Shown here piece after piece: positions 22,157 to 31,460 of a stretch of DNA of 64,000 bases; position 1 is the stretch's first letter, and each line of letters opens with the position of its first letter. The stretch is from Candidatus Velesiimonas alkalicola (GTDB lineage Bacteria > Omnitrophota > Gorgyraeia > Velesiimonadales > Velesiimonadaceae). A program made the translations under genes and the position numbers. Below the pieces are notes generated by a model that had not been told where the DNA came from, ran no database searches, and saw only the letters and a program-made list of their open reading frames with translations. The DNA is taken from assembly GCA_013626165.1 (NCBI GenBank), contig NDHX01000004.1, positions 64,565-128,564 on the forward strand, read 5' to 3'.

Positions 22157-22208
22157 AAAACCAATGTAGTATTATTAAAAAAAGAAAATAGAGTTGACCC
22201 CATTTATC
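22127..22208. repeat. Perfect 26-bp inverted repeat (REP-like)
   Basis: GATAAATGGGGTCAACTCTATTTTCT (22127-22152) / AGAAAATAGAGTTGACCCCATTTATC (22183-22208). Confidence 0.85.
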
Positions 22209-22270
22209 CCCCAGTTGCCTGCTCTTATGGAATTATGCAACGGGCTCATAACATTAAAGAAGAGTGTGCT

Positions 22271-23731
22271 ATGTCAAAAGAATGGACAGGGACTATTGAA
22301 AGAATAGATGAATACAGATGGCGTATTCCAAAGACATACAAATCTAAGATGCGTGTTGATGGCATAATATATGCAAATGAACATCTTATAGGACAGATTA
22401 AGAAAGATTTTGCACCTGAACAGGTTGCAAATGTTGCAACACTGCCGGGGATAGTAAAAGCATCACTTGCCATGCCAGATATACACTGGGGGTATGGTTT
22501 TGCCATAGGAGGAGTTGCCGCTACCGACCCTTCTGAAGAGGGTGTGGTATCCCCCGGAGGCGTGGGCTACGATATAAACTGCGGCGTGCGGCTTGTCAGA
22601 ACAGATTTAAAGGTAGAAGATATCAAACCTAAATTAAAAGAGCTCACTTTAAGTCTTTATCATAAAATCCCTGCTGGTGTGGGTTCAAGCGGCAATATCA
22701 GGGTCACATCACAGGAAGAAAAAAAGATACTTTTAAAAGGCGCAAGGTGGGCCATTGAACAGGGTTACGGGATAGAACAGGACCTTGAATGTACAGAAGA
22801 AAAAGGACAGATGCAGGGTGCGGACCCGGGTGCGGTTTCAGAAAGAGCATATGAAAGAGGAAAAAAACAGTCCGGCACACTTGGCTCAGGCAACCATTTT
22901 ATTGAAGTGCAGGAAGTAGAAGAAATATATGATGAGCAAAAAGCGTTCACCTTTGGCATATTCAAAGGGCAGGCAGTTGTAATGATACACTCAGGTTCAA
23001 GGGGACTTGGGCACCAGATATGTGAGGACTATGTCCGAAAACTTATGCCCTGCCTTTCTAAATACAACATATATATTCCTGACAGGCAACTGGTATGTGC
23101 TCCTGTCCAATCACCCGAGGGGCTTGAATATCTTTCTGCAATGAAATGTGCCGCAAACTATGCCTGGGGAAACAGGCAGTGTCTTATGCATCTTGTTAGA
23201 ATTACATTTGAAAAATTTTTTAAAACAGGATGGGAAAAATTGGGTATGTATCTCATATATGATATTGCACATAACATAGCAAAGTTTGAAAAACATAATA
23301 TAGATGGGAAAGAAAAAACACTTTGTGTTCATAGAAAAGGCGCAACAAGAGCCTTTCCGTCAGGCCACATAGATGTTCCTCAAAAGTATAAAGATGCAGG
23401 ACAACCGGTTATAATACCGGGGGATATGGGAAGAAACTCATACCTTCTTGCTGGAACTATCGGTGCAATGGAAAATACATTTGGCAGCACCTGTCATGGT
23501 GCAGGAAGGTGCCTTTCAAGAGCAGCCGCAATAAAAATGGCAAAAGGCGTATCTATTGCAAAAGAGTTAGAACAGAAAGGCATATATGTGTTTTCAAGCG
23601 GAAGAGAAACCCTTGCAGAAGAGGCGCCATCTGCATATAAGGATGTTAATGAGGTCGTGGATGTTGCCCACAATGCAGGGATTGCCAAAAAAGTTGCAAG
23701 AATGCGTCCATTGGGTGTGGTAAAAGGATGA
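22271..23731 (+). CDS. rtcB: RNA 3'-phosphate/5'-OH ligase RtcB
   Basis: MPDIHWGYGF, GYDINCG, GTLGSGNHF, HSGSRG, HRKGA, HGAGR, EEAP; start 22271 (22235 alternative). Confidence 0.95.
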   Translation: MSKEWTGTIERIDEYRWRIPKTYKSKMRVDGIIYANEHLIGQIKKDFAPEQVANVATLPGIVKASLAMPDIHWGYGFAIGGVAATDPSEEGVVSPGGVGYDINCGVRLVRTDLKVEDIKPKLKELTLSLYHKIPAGVGSSGNIRVTSQEEKKILLKGARWAIEQGYGIEQDLECTEEKGQMQGADPGAVSERAYERGKKQSGTLGSGNHFIEVQEVEEIYDEQKAFTFGIFKGQAVVMIHSGSRGLGHQICEDYVRKLMPCLSKYNIYIPDRQLVCAPVQSPEGLEYLSAMKCAANYAWGNRQCLMHLVRITFEKFFKTGWEKLGMYLIYDIAHNIAKFEKHNIDGKEKTLCVHRKGATRAFPSGHIDVPQKYKDAGQPVIIPGDMGRNSYLLAGTIGAMENTFGSTCHGAGRCLSRAAAIKMAKGVSIAKELEQKGIYVFSSGRETLAEEAPSAYKDVNEVVDVAHNAGIAKKVARMRPLGVVKG

Positions 23732-24474
23732 AAGCAATTGCAGTTGATACCTCCGGTGCTTTATTGATAGGCTCTGTGTTTGAAGATGATAAAATTATTG
23801 CAGGAATACAGATAAAAGGATTCAAGCATTCACAGAATCTTGTTTCTACGGTCCAAGAACTTTTATCAAGGGTTAAAACTGATATAATAGATATTGATAT
23901 AATATGTATTGGTATAGGGCCTGGTTCATTTACAGGATTAAGGGTAGGAATAAGCACTGTAAAAGGGCTTTCGTTGGTAAAAAATTTCAACATAATACCT
24001 TTGTGCAGTTTAAGCCCTGTTGCTTACAACGCGCTGTATTTTCAAGGAAATATATGGGTTGCAGTAGATGCAAAAAAACAATCTGTATATGTCCGAAAGT
24101 TTTATTCAGGTGGAAAAGGTAAAATAAAAACAATGACTCTTCCAAAACTTTTAAGGGCTGATCATTTTTTAAAGATTTTAAACAAATCTGAACTTATTAT
24201 TGGCGATGCTATTTCTGTATATGGAAAAATTTTTCAGGATATTGCTATGATATGCAAAAATGAAAATCTATGGTATCCAAGTATTACAGGGTTATCAATA
24301 TATGCAATGGAGATGGTAAAAAGAGGCAGGTTTATAAGTTCTGATAAGATTCTTCCCCGCTATCTATTTGCAAAAAACGTGCAGGTAAGACCGCAGAGAG
24401 CATCAGAGCACCAGAATACCAGTGCACCAGTGCTCTATCCTAAAGCACAGCAAGGGATAAAAGAGCGGGGTTAA
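23728..24474 (+). CDS. tsaB: t6A biosynthesis protein TsaB
   Basis: AVDTS, HSQNL, GPGSFTGLRVG, VDAKK. Confidence 0.9.
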   Translation: MKAIAVDTSGALLIGSVFEDDKIIAGIQIKGFKHSQNLVSTVQELLSRVKTDIIDIDIICIGIGPGSFTGLRVGISTVKGLSLVKNFNIIPLCSLSPVAYNALYFQGNIWVAVDAKKQSVYVRKFYSGGKGKIKTMTLPKLLRADHFLKILNKSELIIGDAISVYGKIFQDIAMICKNENLWYPSITGLSIYAMEMVKRGRFISSDKILPRYLFAKNVQVRPQRASEHQNTSAPVLYPKAQQGIKERG

Positions 24475-24476
24475 AG

Positions 24477-25136
24477 ATGAACAAAATTGAAAAGATATAT
24501 TTTAGTTTGTTAAAAAAATATGGAAAACCGCAAGGACAGTGGTCATTATGGTGTAAAAGACCAAAAACATTAGAAGAAAAGGAGAGGATAATTATAGAAT
24601 CTATCCTTACACAGAGAGCAAACTGGAACAATGTTCAGATGGCTATTGAAAACCTAAAAAGGGGAAATGTATCTTCTCTTAAAAAAATTCGGATAACAAG
24701 TATGGTAAAAATTGCACTTCTTATAAAACCATCCGGTTTTTATCAACAAAAATCAGAACGGCTTAAAAGAACAGCAGATTTTTTTATCAGCAGGTATAAA
24801 GACATTGAAGAGGCATCAAAAGTGGAGTTATCTATTTTGAGAAAAGAACTTTTATCCTTAAACGGAATTGGAGATGAAACAGCAGATGATATTCTTCTTT
24901 ACGCTCTTGAAAAACCATCCTTTGTTATAGATGAATATACAAGAAGGCTTGTTTTAAAAGAAAAAATAACCGATACAAGGTCATATAAAAATCTTCAGGA
25001 ACTATTCGAGACAAATCTGAAATCAGTGGCGCGGCGGTATCAGGGTTATGAGGGGAAAGAGTATGTGATATACCAGGACTTCCATGCCCTGATTGTAATA
25101 GACGGCAAGGAATCCTTAAAAAATTTCTTGTTATAA
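24477..25136 (+). CDS. HhH-GPD endonuclease III-related DNA glycosylase
   Basis: ILTQRANWNNV, IKPSGFY, LNGIGDETADDILLYA, FVIDEYTRR, FHALIV. Confidence 0.85.
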   Translation: MNKIEKIYFSLLKKYGKPQGQWSLWCKRPKTLEEKERIIIESILTQRANWNNVQMAIENLKRGNVSSLKKIRITSMVKIALLIKPSGFYQQKSERLKRTADFFISRYKDIEEASKVELSILRKELLSLNGIGDETADDILLYALEKPSFVIDEYTRRLVLKEKITDTRSYKNLQELFETNLKSVARRYQGYEGKEYVIYQDFHALIVIDGKESLKNFLL

Positions 25137-25212
25137 CGAGGAGATAGTATAGAATAGAGATATTCCCCGCCCGACGGCGGGCGGAAACGGATGGTATAAA
25201 AAAGAGACTTGT

Positions 25213-26028
25213 ATGATAAATATTGGAATAGTTGGATGTGGTGCCATAGGAAAAACACTTGCAAAGGAGATTCTCAAAAAATTTTCTTCTATCAATATAT
25301 CCTGCCTGTATGACAAAGATTTGGAAAAGTCTAAAAAACTTCTTGAATTGTTCCCATCCATAAAACCTGAAATTTCAAATAGTATTTCCAATCTTGTTAA
25401 AAAAAGTGATTTTATTATAGAATCTGCAAGCCTTTATTGTGTAAAAGAGATAGCGGATATTTGTTTAAGAGAGAAAAAAGGACTTCTTGTGATGAGCGTG
25501 GGTGCGTTTGTTTTATATCCGGAAATAATTGAATATTTTAAAAAAGCAAACCTTGTGCTTCTTATTCCAAGTGGCGCAATATGCGGGCTTGATGGAATAA
25601 AGGCAGGCTGTTTTGGAAATATCTATTCTGCAACACTTACTACAAAAAAGCCCCCTGAAGGGCTTAAAGGCGCTCCCTATTTGGAAAAGATGAAAATTTC
25701 TCTTGACAACCTTATAGAAAAGAAAATATTATTTAATGGTAGTGTGAGAGAAGCAATACAGGGTTTTCCTGAAAATATAAATGTTGCATCTGTACTAAGT
25801 CTTGCAGCAGGACTAGGACCTGATAAAACAAAGGTTAAGATAGTAGCGGTTCCTGGCTTAAAAAGAAATATACATCAGATAGAAGTTGAAGGAGATTTCG
25901 GAAAGATTTTTACAGTAACAGAAAATATTCCATCAAAGGAAAATCCAAAAACCAGTTTTCTTGCCATACTTTCGGCCCTCTGCTGTCTACAACAGGGATT
26001 GATGGGTACAGTGAAGATTGGAACATAA
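25213..26028 (+). CDS. nadX: L-aspartate dehydrogenase
   Basis: GCGAIG, PSGAICGLD, FPENINVA, NPKTSFLA. Confidence 0.9.
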   Translation: MINIGIVGCGAIGKTLAKEILKKFSSINISCLYDKDLEKSKKLLELFPSIKPEISNSISNLVKKSDFIIESASLYCVKEIADICLREKKGLLVMSVGAFVLYPEIIEYFKKANLVLLIPSGAICGLDGIKAGCFGNIYSATLTTKKPPEGLKGAPYLEKMKISLDNLIEKKILFNGSVREAIQGFPENINVASVLSLAAGLGPDKTKVKIVAVPGLKRNIHQIEVEGDFGKIFTVTENIPSKENPKTSFLAILSALCCLQQGLMGTVKIGT

Positions 26029-26362
26029 TATAAATAAAACTGGCAACAGGTGACAGGAATAAGAGAGGAGGTAGTAGGTAGTAGATAGGAGGTAGGGAAA
26101 AATACCCTCCTTTTATAAAAAAAGGGGGGAGGGGGTTATCTTTTAATTTGGAATTTGGATTTTGGGATTTGATATTCGGGTACCCTGTGGATGTGGTGCT
26201 TATTTGTATCTTTTTGACTCGCCCCTGCCTATCAGCAGACAGGGCTCGGTGAGCGACAGTGTGTGGCGGGGAATCTGGTTCTTGAAAGATTTTAAGATTT
26301 TTTCAACATTTTCAAATTATTATTGAGTATATGTGTTTGAGGTTGAAAGGAGGTGATAGAAG

Positions 26363-26611
26363 ATGGCAGAGAAAGTTCAGAAAGTGGGTATAAAAAGAGA
26401 GTCGGGTTATATGTATTATCTTGATAAAGACGGTGATATTGCGATGGTAAAGATGGCAAGAGCCGGCGAAAGGAAAGGAAGCCCAAAGAAGGTTGAAAAA
26501 ACAGGCATAAAAAAGGAAGAGGGGTACCTTTATTTTATTGATAGGCAGGGTGATATTGCAAGGGCAAAGATGGTAAGAGGTGGGAAAAAAAAGAAGGCAA
26601 AAAAGAGATAG
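26363..26611 (+). CDS. Small basic internally duplicated protein resembling chromatin protein Cc1
   Basis: Strong RBS (AAAGGAGGTG); two KxGIKxExGYxYxxDxxGDI units; Lys-rich tail. Confidence 0.65.
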   Translation: MAEKVQKVGIKRESGYMYYLDKDGDIAMVKMARAGERKGSPKKVEKTGIKKEEGYLYFIDRQGDIARAKMVRGGKKKKAKKR

Positions 26612-26631
26612 ACCTAAGAGCCCTCAGCGGC

Positions 26632-26672
26632 AAAAAAGGCTTTCCGATGTTATGCATTGGGAAGCCTTTTTT
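26632..26672. terminator. Bidirectional intrinsic terminator
   Basis: AAAAAAGGCTTTCCGATG-loop-CATTGGGAAGCCTTTTTT. Confidence 0.75.
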
Positions 26673-26689
26673 GTTATAATATTACAGAT

Positions 26690-29212
26690 ATGCAGAACGG
26701 TGATATTGTTATTATTGGTGCAAAACAGCATAACTTAAAAGATATATCTGTTAAGATTCCTAAAAATAAGTTTGTTGTTATAACGGGTGTTTCTGGTTCC
26801 GGAAAATCTTCCCTTGCCTTTGATACTATATATGCAGAAGGACAGAGAAGGTATGCACAGAGTCTTTCTACATATGCCAGACAGTTTATAGAACAGATTG
26901 AAAGACCAAATGTTGATTATATTTCAGGACTTTCTCCTTCTATTGCAATAGAACAGAGAACATCTTTCGGGGGTATCCGTTCAACTGTCGGCACACAATC
27001 CGGTATTTATGATTATGTAAGGCTTCTTTTTGCAAGAATAGGTACCCCTTATTGCCCTGAATGTAAAAAACCTATCACATTTCAAACACATCAGCACATA
27101 CTTGAAAAAATTTTAGAGGATTTTAAAAGTGAGCCCGTGTATGTTCTTTCCCCTGTGATAAGAGGTAGAAAAGGAGAACATGTCGCTTTATTAGAACAAT
27201 TAAGAATGCAGGGTTTTGCAAAGGTATTTGTAGACAGCAGTATAAAAGACCTTACCCCCATTCCAAAAATTGATAAAAAAAAGTTGCATAATATATCTGT
27301 TGTTGTTGACCAACTGACCGTAAATCCCGCATATACTTATATTGTCCAAAGGCTTTCGTCAAGTATTCAAACTGCAATCAGGTTATCAGAAGGACTTGTG
27401 AATATTGCATCCATTTCAGATATAAAAAATCAGACTGCATTCAGCCAGTTAAATGCTTGCCCTGGATGCGGTTTTAGTTTTCCCGAAATAGAGCCCAGAA
27501 CATTCTCATTTAATAGTTCTTATGGTGCCTGCAGAGCCTGTCAGGGGACCGGACTTACAATTGAGGAAGAGGTAAACAATGAACAAATAAAAGAATATAA
27601 GTTTTGTCCTGATTGTAAGGGTGCACGGCTTAAGTCGTCCGCTTTAAATATTTATGTGGGTGGAAAAAATATCAAAGAGATTTGTGAAGTATCGGTTGAA
27701 GAACTGTTAAAAACCCTTTCTCATATACAACTTGATAAAAGAGAGCGTCTGATAGGTTTTCAAATTATAAAAGAGATACAAAAAAGGCTTTCATTTTTGA
27801 AAGATGTGGGGCTGGGGTATCTAACACTGGGAAGAAATGGCACTACACTTGCAGGCGGAGAGGCACAGAGAATAAGGATTGCCTCACAGATAGGCTCCCA
27901 ACTTATAGGGGTTCTCTATATTCTTGATGAACCCAGTATAGGCCTTCACCACAGGGATAATAAGATGCTGTTAACTGCGCTGTCAAATCTAAGGGATATG
28001 GGCAATACTGTAATTGTTGTAGAACATGATGAAGATACAATGAGAAAGGCTGATTTTATTGTTGATTTAGGTTTTGGTGCGGGTATATATGGAGGAAATG
28101 TTGTTGCAACAGGTACGGCTGAACAGATAAAAATGGTTAAAGATTCCTTAACCGGACAGTATCTATCTGGTGCAAAAAAGATACCGATGCCTGAAAAAAG
28201 AAGAAGTTTTGATAAAACTATTACATTATCAGGTGCAACACACAATAATTTAAAGAATATAACCGCAAATTTTCCATTGAGTGTTTTTTGTTGTATAACC
28301 GGTGTATCCGGCAGTGGTAAAAGTTCACTTGTTATGGAAACACTATATCCTGCTGTTTGTCATAAATTAGGCTTAAAAAGAGGCACTGCTGGCAGATACA
28401 AAGAGATAAAAGGTTTTCAAGATATAGACAGGGTTCAAATCATAGACCAGAAACCGATAGGAAAAACACCCCGCTCAAATCCAGCCACATATACAGGACT
28501 TTTTACAGGTGTAAGAAATCTTTTCAGTCAATTGCCGGATTCAAGGGCAGGGGGATTTAAATCCGGGAGGTTTAGTTTTAATGTGAAAGGCGGAAGGTGC
28601 GAAGAATGCACAGGCAAAGGAGTAAAAAGAATTGGTATGCAATTCTTGCCCGATGTATATGTAACCTGTGATACCTGCAGAGGCACAAGATATAATGAAC
28701 AGACACTATGTGTAAGATTTAAGGGACTTTCAATAAGCGATGTATTAAATTTAACCGTTGATGAGGCAATAAATGTATTCTCTGCAATTCCCAGTATAAG
28801 GTTTAAACTTTCTATTTTAAAAAATGTTGGACTTGGATACATCCATCTGGGGCAGGGTGCCGCGACACTTTCAGGAGGAGAGGCGCAGAGACTAAAAATA
28901 TCTGCTGAATTGTCAAGAAAACAGACGGGCAGAACACTTATTATTATGGATGAACCGACCGTAGGGCTTCATTCTTATGATATACAAAGTCTGCTTGATA
29001 TTATAAACAGGCTCGTCTTAATGGGTAATACTGTTATAGTTATAGAGCATAATTTAGATGTGATAAAAGCAGCAGACTATATCATTGATCTTGGACCTGA
29101 ATCAGCAAATAAAGGAGGAAGTATAGTTGTTGAAGGAACACCTGAAGACGTGGTATTATGTAAAAATTCGTATACAGCAAAGGTGTTAAAGATACGGGAT
29201 GTTTTAAAATGA
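26690..29212 (+). CDS. uvrA: Excinuclease ABC subunit A (compact, insertion domain largely absent)
   Basis: Two GVSGSGKSSL Walker A motifs, L(A/S)GGEAQR, zinc fingers; ATG at 26690 follows TGnTATAAT. Confidence 0.95.
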   Translation: MQNGDIVIIGAKQHNLKDISVKIPKNKFVVITGVSGSGKSSLAFDTIYAEGQRRYAQSLSTYARQFIEQIERPNVDYISGLSPSIAIEQRTSFGGIRSTVGTQSGIYDYVRLLFARIGTPYCPECKKPITFQTHQHILEKILEDFKSEPVYVLSPVIRGRKGEHVALLEQLRMQGFAKVFVDSSIKDLTPIPKIDKKKLHNISVVVDQLTVNPAYTYIVQRLSSSIQTAIRLSEGLVNIASISDIKNQTAFSQLNACPGCGFSFPEIEPRTFSFNSSYGACRACQGTGLTIEEEVNNEQIKEYKFCPDCKGARLKSSALNIYVGGKNIKEICEVSVEELLKTLSHIQLDKRERLIGFQIIKEIQKRLSFLKDVGLGYLTLGRNGTTLAGGEAQRIRIASQIGSQLIGVLYILDEPSIGLHHRDNKMLLTALSNLRDMGNTVIVVEHDEDTMRKADFIVDLGFGAGIYGGNVVATGTAEQIKMVKDSLTGQYLSGAKKIPMPEKRRSFDKTITLSGATHNNLKNITANFPLSVFCCITGVSGSGKSSLVMETLYPAVCHKLGLKRGTAGRYKEIKGFQDIDRVQIIDQKPIGKTPRSNPATYTGLFTGVRNLFSQLPDSRAGGFKSGRFSFNVKGGRCEECTGKGVKRIGMQFLPDVYVTCDTCRGTRYNEQTLCVRFKGLSISDVLNLTVDEAINVFSAIPSIRFKLSILKNVGLGYIHLGQGAATLSGGEAQRLKISAELSRKQTGRTLIIMDEPTVGLHSYDIQSLLDIINRLVLMGNTVIVIEHNLDVIKAADYIIDLGPESANKGGSIVVEGTPEDVVLCKNSYTAKVLKIRDVLK

Positions 29213-30174
29213 GAAAATTTGTTGATGTTGTAAAGATACACATATTTTCCGGAAAAGGCGGGGATGGGTGTAACAGTAGATACAGAGATAAATATTTAAG
29301 ACAGGGAAAACCTGATGGAGGAGACGGCGGAAAAGGCGGGGATGTTACACTTGTTGCAGATAGAAATGTTCAGACACTTCTTGACTTTCTTTTCCATAGC
29401 CAATACAGTGCAAAGAAGGGCTTAAATGGAGGAAGCAAAAACAAAAAAGGAAAAAACGGAGAGCCTCTGGTATTAAGGGTTCCGCAGGGCACCGTTGTAA
29501 AAGATGTGCAGACAAACGAAATTATAGCAGATATTATAGAAGAAGGGCAAGCCCTTACGGTTGCAGAAGGCGGAAGAGGGGGAACAGGGAACGCAAGGAT
29601 GAGATGTGCAACAAAAGGAGAACAAGGGGTTGAACGGTTTCTTATTCTTGAACTTCACTTAATAGCGGATATAGGAATTATTGGATTTCCAAATGCCGGT
29701 AAATCTTCTCTTATTTCAACATTAAGTAATGCAAAACCGAAGATTGCGGATTTTCCTTTTACTACACTGTCTCCTGTACTTGGGAAAATGGGATTCACAG
29801 ACCATTTGCAATTAACAATAGCAGAGATACCTGGCATTATTGAAGAAGCACACAAAGGAAAGGGATTGGGGCTTGATTTTTTAAGACATGCATTAAGAAC
29901 AAAAATGCTTGTCCACCTTCTTGATATAAGTGATAATCCGTTTGACCACTACTGTATTCTGAACAGAGAAATAAAACACTATGGCAAAGGGTTAGATAAA
30001 ATACCTCAAATAGCGGTTGCAAATAAAATGGATTTACAAAGATCAGAAGAAAATCTTAAAGTATTGAAAAAAAAGATAGCAGATGTTCTTCCAATTTCTT
30101 GTGTTACAGGAGAAGGAATTGAAGAACTGAAAAACAGAATAAAACAAGTCTATGAGAAAAAGATATCTTCATAA
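29209..30174 (+). CDS. obgE: GTPase ObgE
   Basis: Gly-rich Obg fold, GFPNAGKS, FPFTT, NKMD. Confidence 0.93.
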   Translation: MRKFVDVVKIHIFSGKGGDGCNSRYRDKYLRQGKPDGGDGGKGGDVTLVADRNVQTLLDFLFHSQYSAKKGLNGGSKNKKGKNGEPLVLRVPQGTVVKDVQTNEIIADIIEEGQALTVAEGGRGGTGNARMRCATKGEQGVERFLILELHLIADIGIIGFPNAGKSSLISTLSNAKPKIADFPFTTLSPVLGKMGFTDHLQLTIAEIPGIIEEAHKGKGLGLDFLRHALRTKMLVHLLDISDNPFDHYCILNREIKHYGKGLDKIPQIAVANKMDLQRSEENLKVLKKKIADVLPISCVTGEGIEELKNRIKQVYEKKISS

Positions 30175-31276
30175 TATAAAAAGAGTTGTTGTAAAGGTTG
30201 GGACAAGTGTACTTTCACAAGAAGGGACAGGGCTTTCAATAGACTATATTGAAAGATTTGTCCAGCAGATAGTTGATATTAAAAACAATAATAAAGAGGT
30301 TGTGCTTGTTTCATCAGGAGCAATTGCTGCTGGCATGAACACACTGGGTTTTTCAAAAAGGCCGGTGTCTTTACCCGAACTTCAAGCCTGTGCTGCCATA
30401 GGACAGGGAAAAATGATGAAAATGTATGAAGATATATTCAGCAGCAAAAACTTTCATTCTGCACAGGTTCTTATCACAAGAGAGGATTTAAGGTCAAGAC
30501 AGAGATATTTGAATTCCAGAAATACATTATGGACACTGTTAAGGTATAATATCGTTCCTATTGTCAATGAAAATGACACGGTTGCAGTTGATGAGATAAA
30601 GTTTGGAGATAATGATATGCTTTCTTCTCTTGTATCAATACTTGTTGAGGCAGACCTTCTTATAATACTTTCAAATGTGAACGGATTATATACAAAAAAC
30701 CCTGAACAAAAAGATGCACAGAGAATAAATATTATTGAAAGAATAGACGAGAAGATACAGGATTTTGCCAAAGGGACAAAAAGAGCCACAAGCGTCGGGG
30801 GTATGACTACCAAGATTAAGGCCGCAAAGGTTGCAACAAGCGCTGGTATTCCTGTTATTATTGCCAATGGAAGTGAAAAAGATATATTACAAAGGGTTGT
30901 TTCAGCAGCAGATGTCGGAACACTTTTTATTCCTTCACCTGCGTGTGAGGGTTCAAAAAAAAGATGGCTTTTGTTTAGCGCACATCCGGTAGGTTCCGTA
31001 ATTATTGATGATGGAGCAAAAGATGTACTGCTCAAAAAGGGTAAAAGTCTTCTTCCTTCTGGCATATTAAGTGTAGCAGGCAGGTTTGATGCAGGTAGAG
31101 TCGTAAAGATATTAGACAAAAACAATAGCCAGATAGGAATAGGCATTGTTAGTTATTCATCGGATGCAATTGAAAAAATAAAAGGAGCACGAACAGACAG
31201 GATAGAACAAATACTGGGCTGGACATCTGGCGATGAGATTATACACAGGGATAATATGGGAATACTGAGGCCTTAA
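30152..31276 (+). CDS. proB: Glutamate 5-kinase
   Basis: VVKVGT, NENDTV, FGDND, GGMTTK, C-terminal PUA domain. Confidence 0.95.
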   Translation: MRKRYLHNIKRVVVKVGTSVLSQEGTGLSIDYIERFVQQIVDIKNNNKEVVLVSSGAIAAGMNTLGFSKRPVSLPELQACAAIGQGKMMKMYEDIFSSKNFHSAQVLITREDLRSRQRYLNSRNTLWTLLRYNIVPIVNENDTVAVDEIKFGDNDMLSSLVSILVEADLLIILSNVNGLYTKNPEQKDAQRINIIERIDEKIQDFAKGTKRATSVGGMTTKIKAAKVATSAGIPVIIANGSEKDILQRVVSAADVGTLFIPSPACEGSKKRWLLFSAHPVGSVIIDDGAKDVLLKKGKSLLPSGILSVAGRFDAGRVVKILDKNNSQIGIGIVSYSSDAIEKIKGARTDRIEQILGWTSGDEIIHRDNMGILRP

Positions 31277-31295
31277 AATTTCAAACACCAGGCAT

Positions 31296-31439
31296 CACAC
31301 CCAGGGGGTGCCCGAAGATACAAATTTCAAATAAATGTCAAATGACAGATGGCAAATGTCGGATGACAAATGACAAAGTTTGTAATTTAAAATTTGAAAA
31401 TTGATTATTGTTTGGAAATTCGGGCACTCTTTGGGTGTG
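31296..31439. repeat. Hairpin element: 21-bp outer inverted repeat enclosing AAATGAC/AAATTTC-type heptamers
   Basis: CACACCCAGGGGGTGCCCGAA ... TTCGGGCACTCTTTGGGTGTG (18/21 complementary). Confidence 0.7.
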
Positions 31440-31460
31440 GAATTTGTAACAGGGGTGGAT

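Noticed and set aside
31401-31460. Extended N-termini of proA (31401), nadD (32752), lysS (7112) and uvrA (26657)
   Set aside because: The extensions run through repeats, a terminator or the upstream gene; downstream starts fit family N-termini better.
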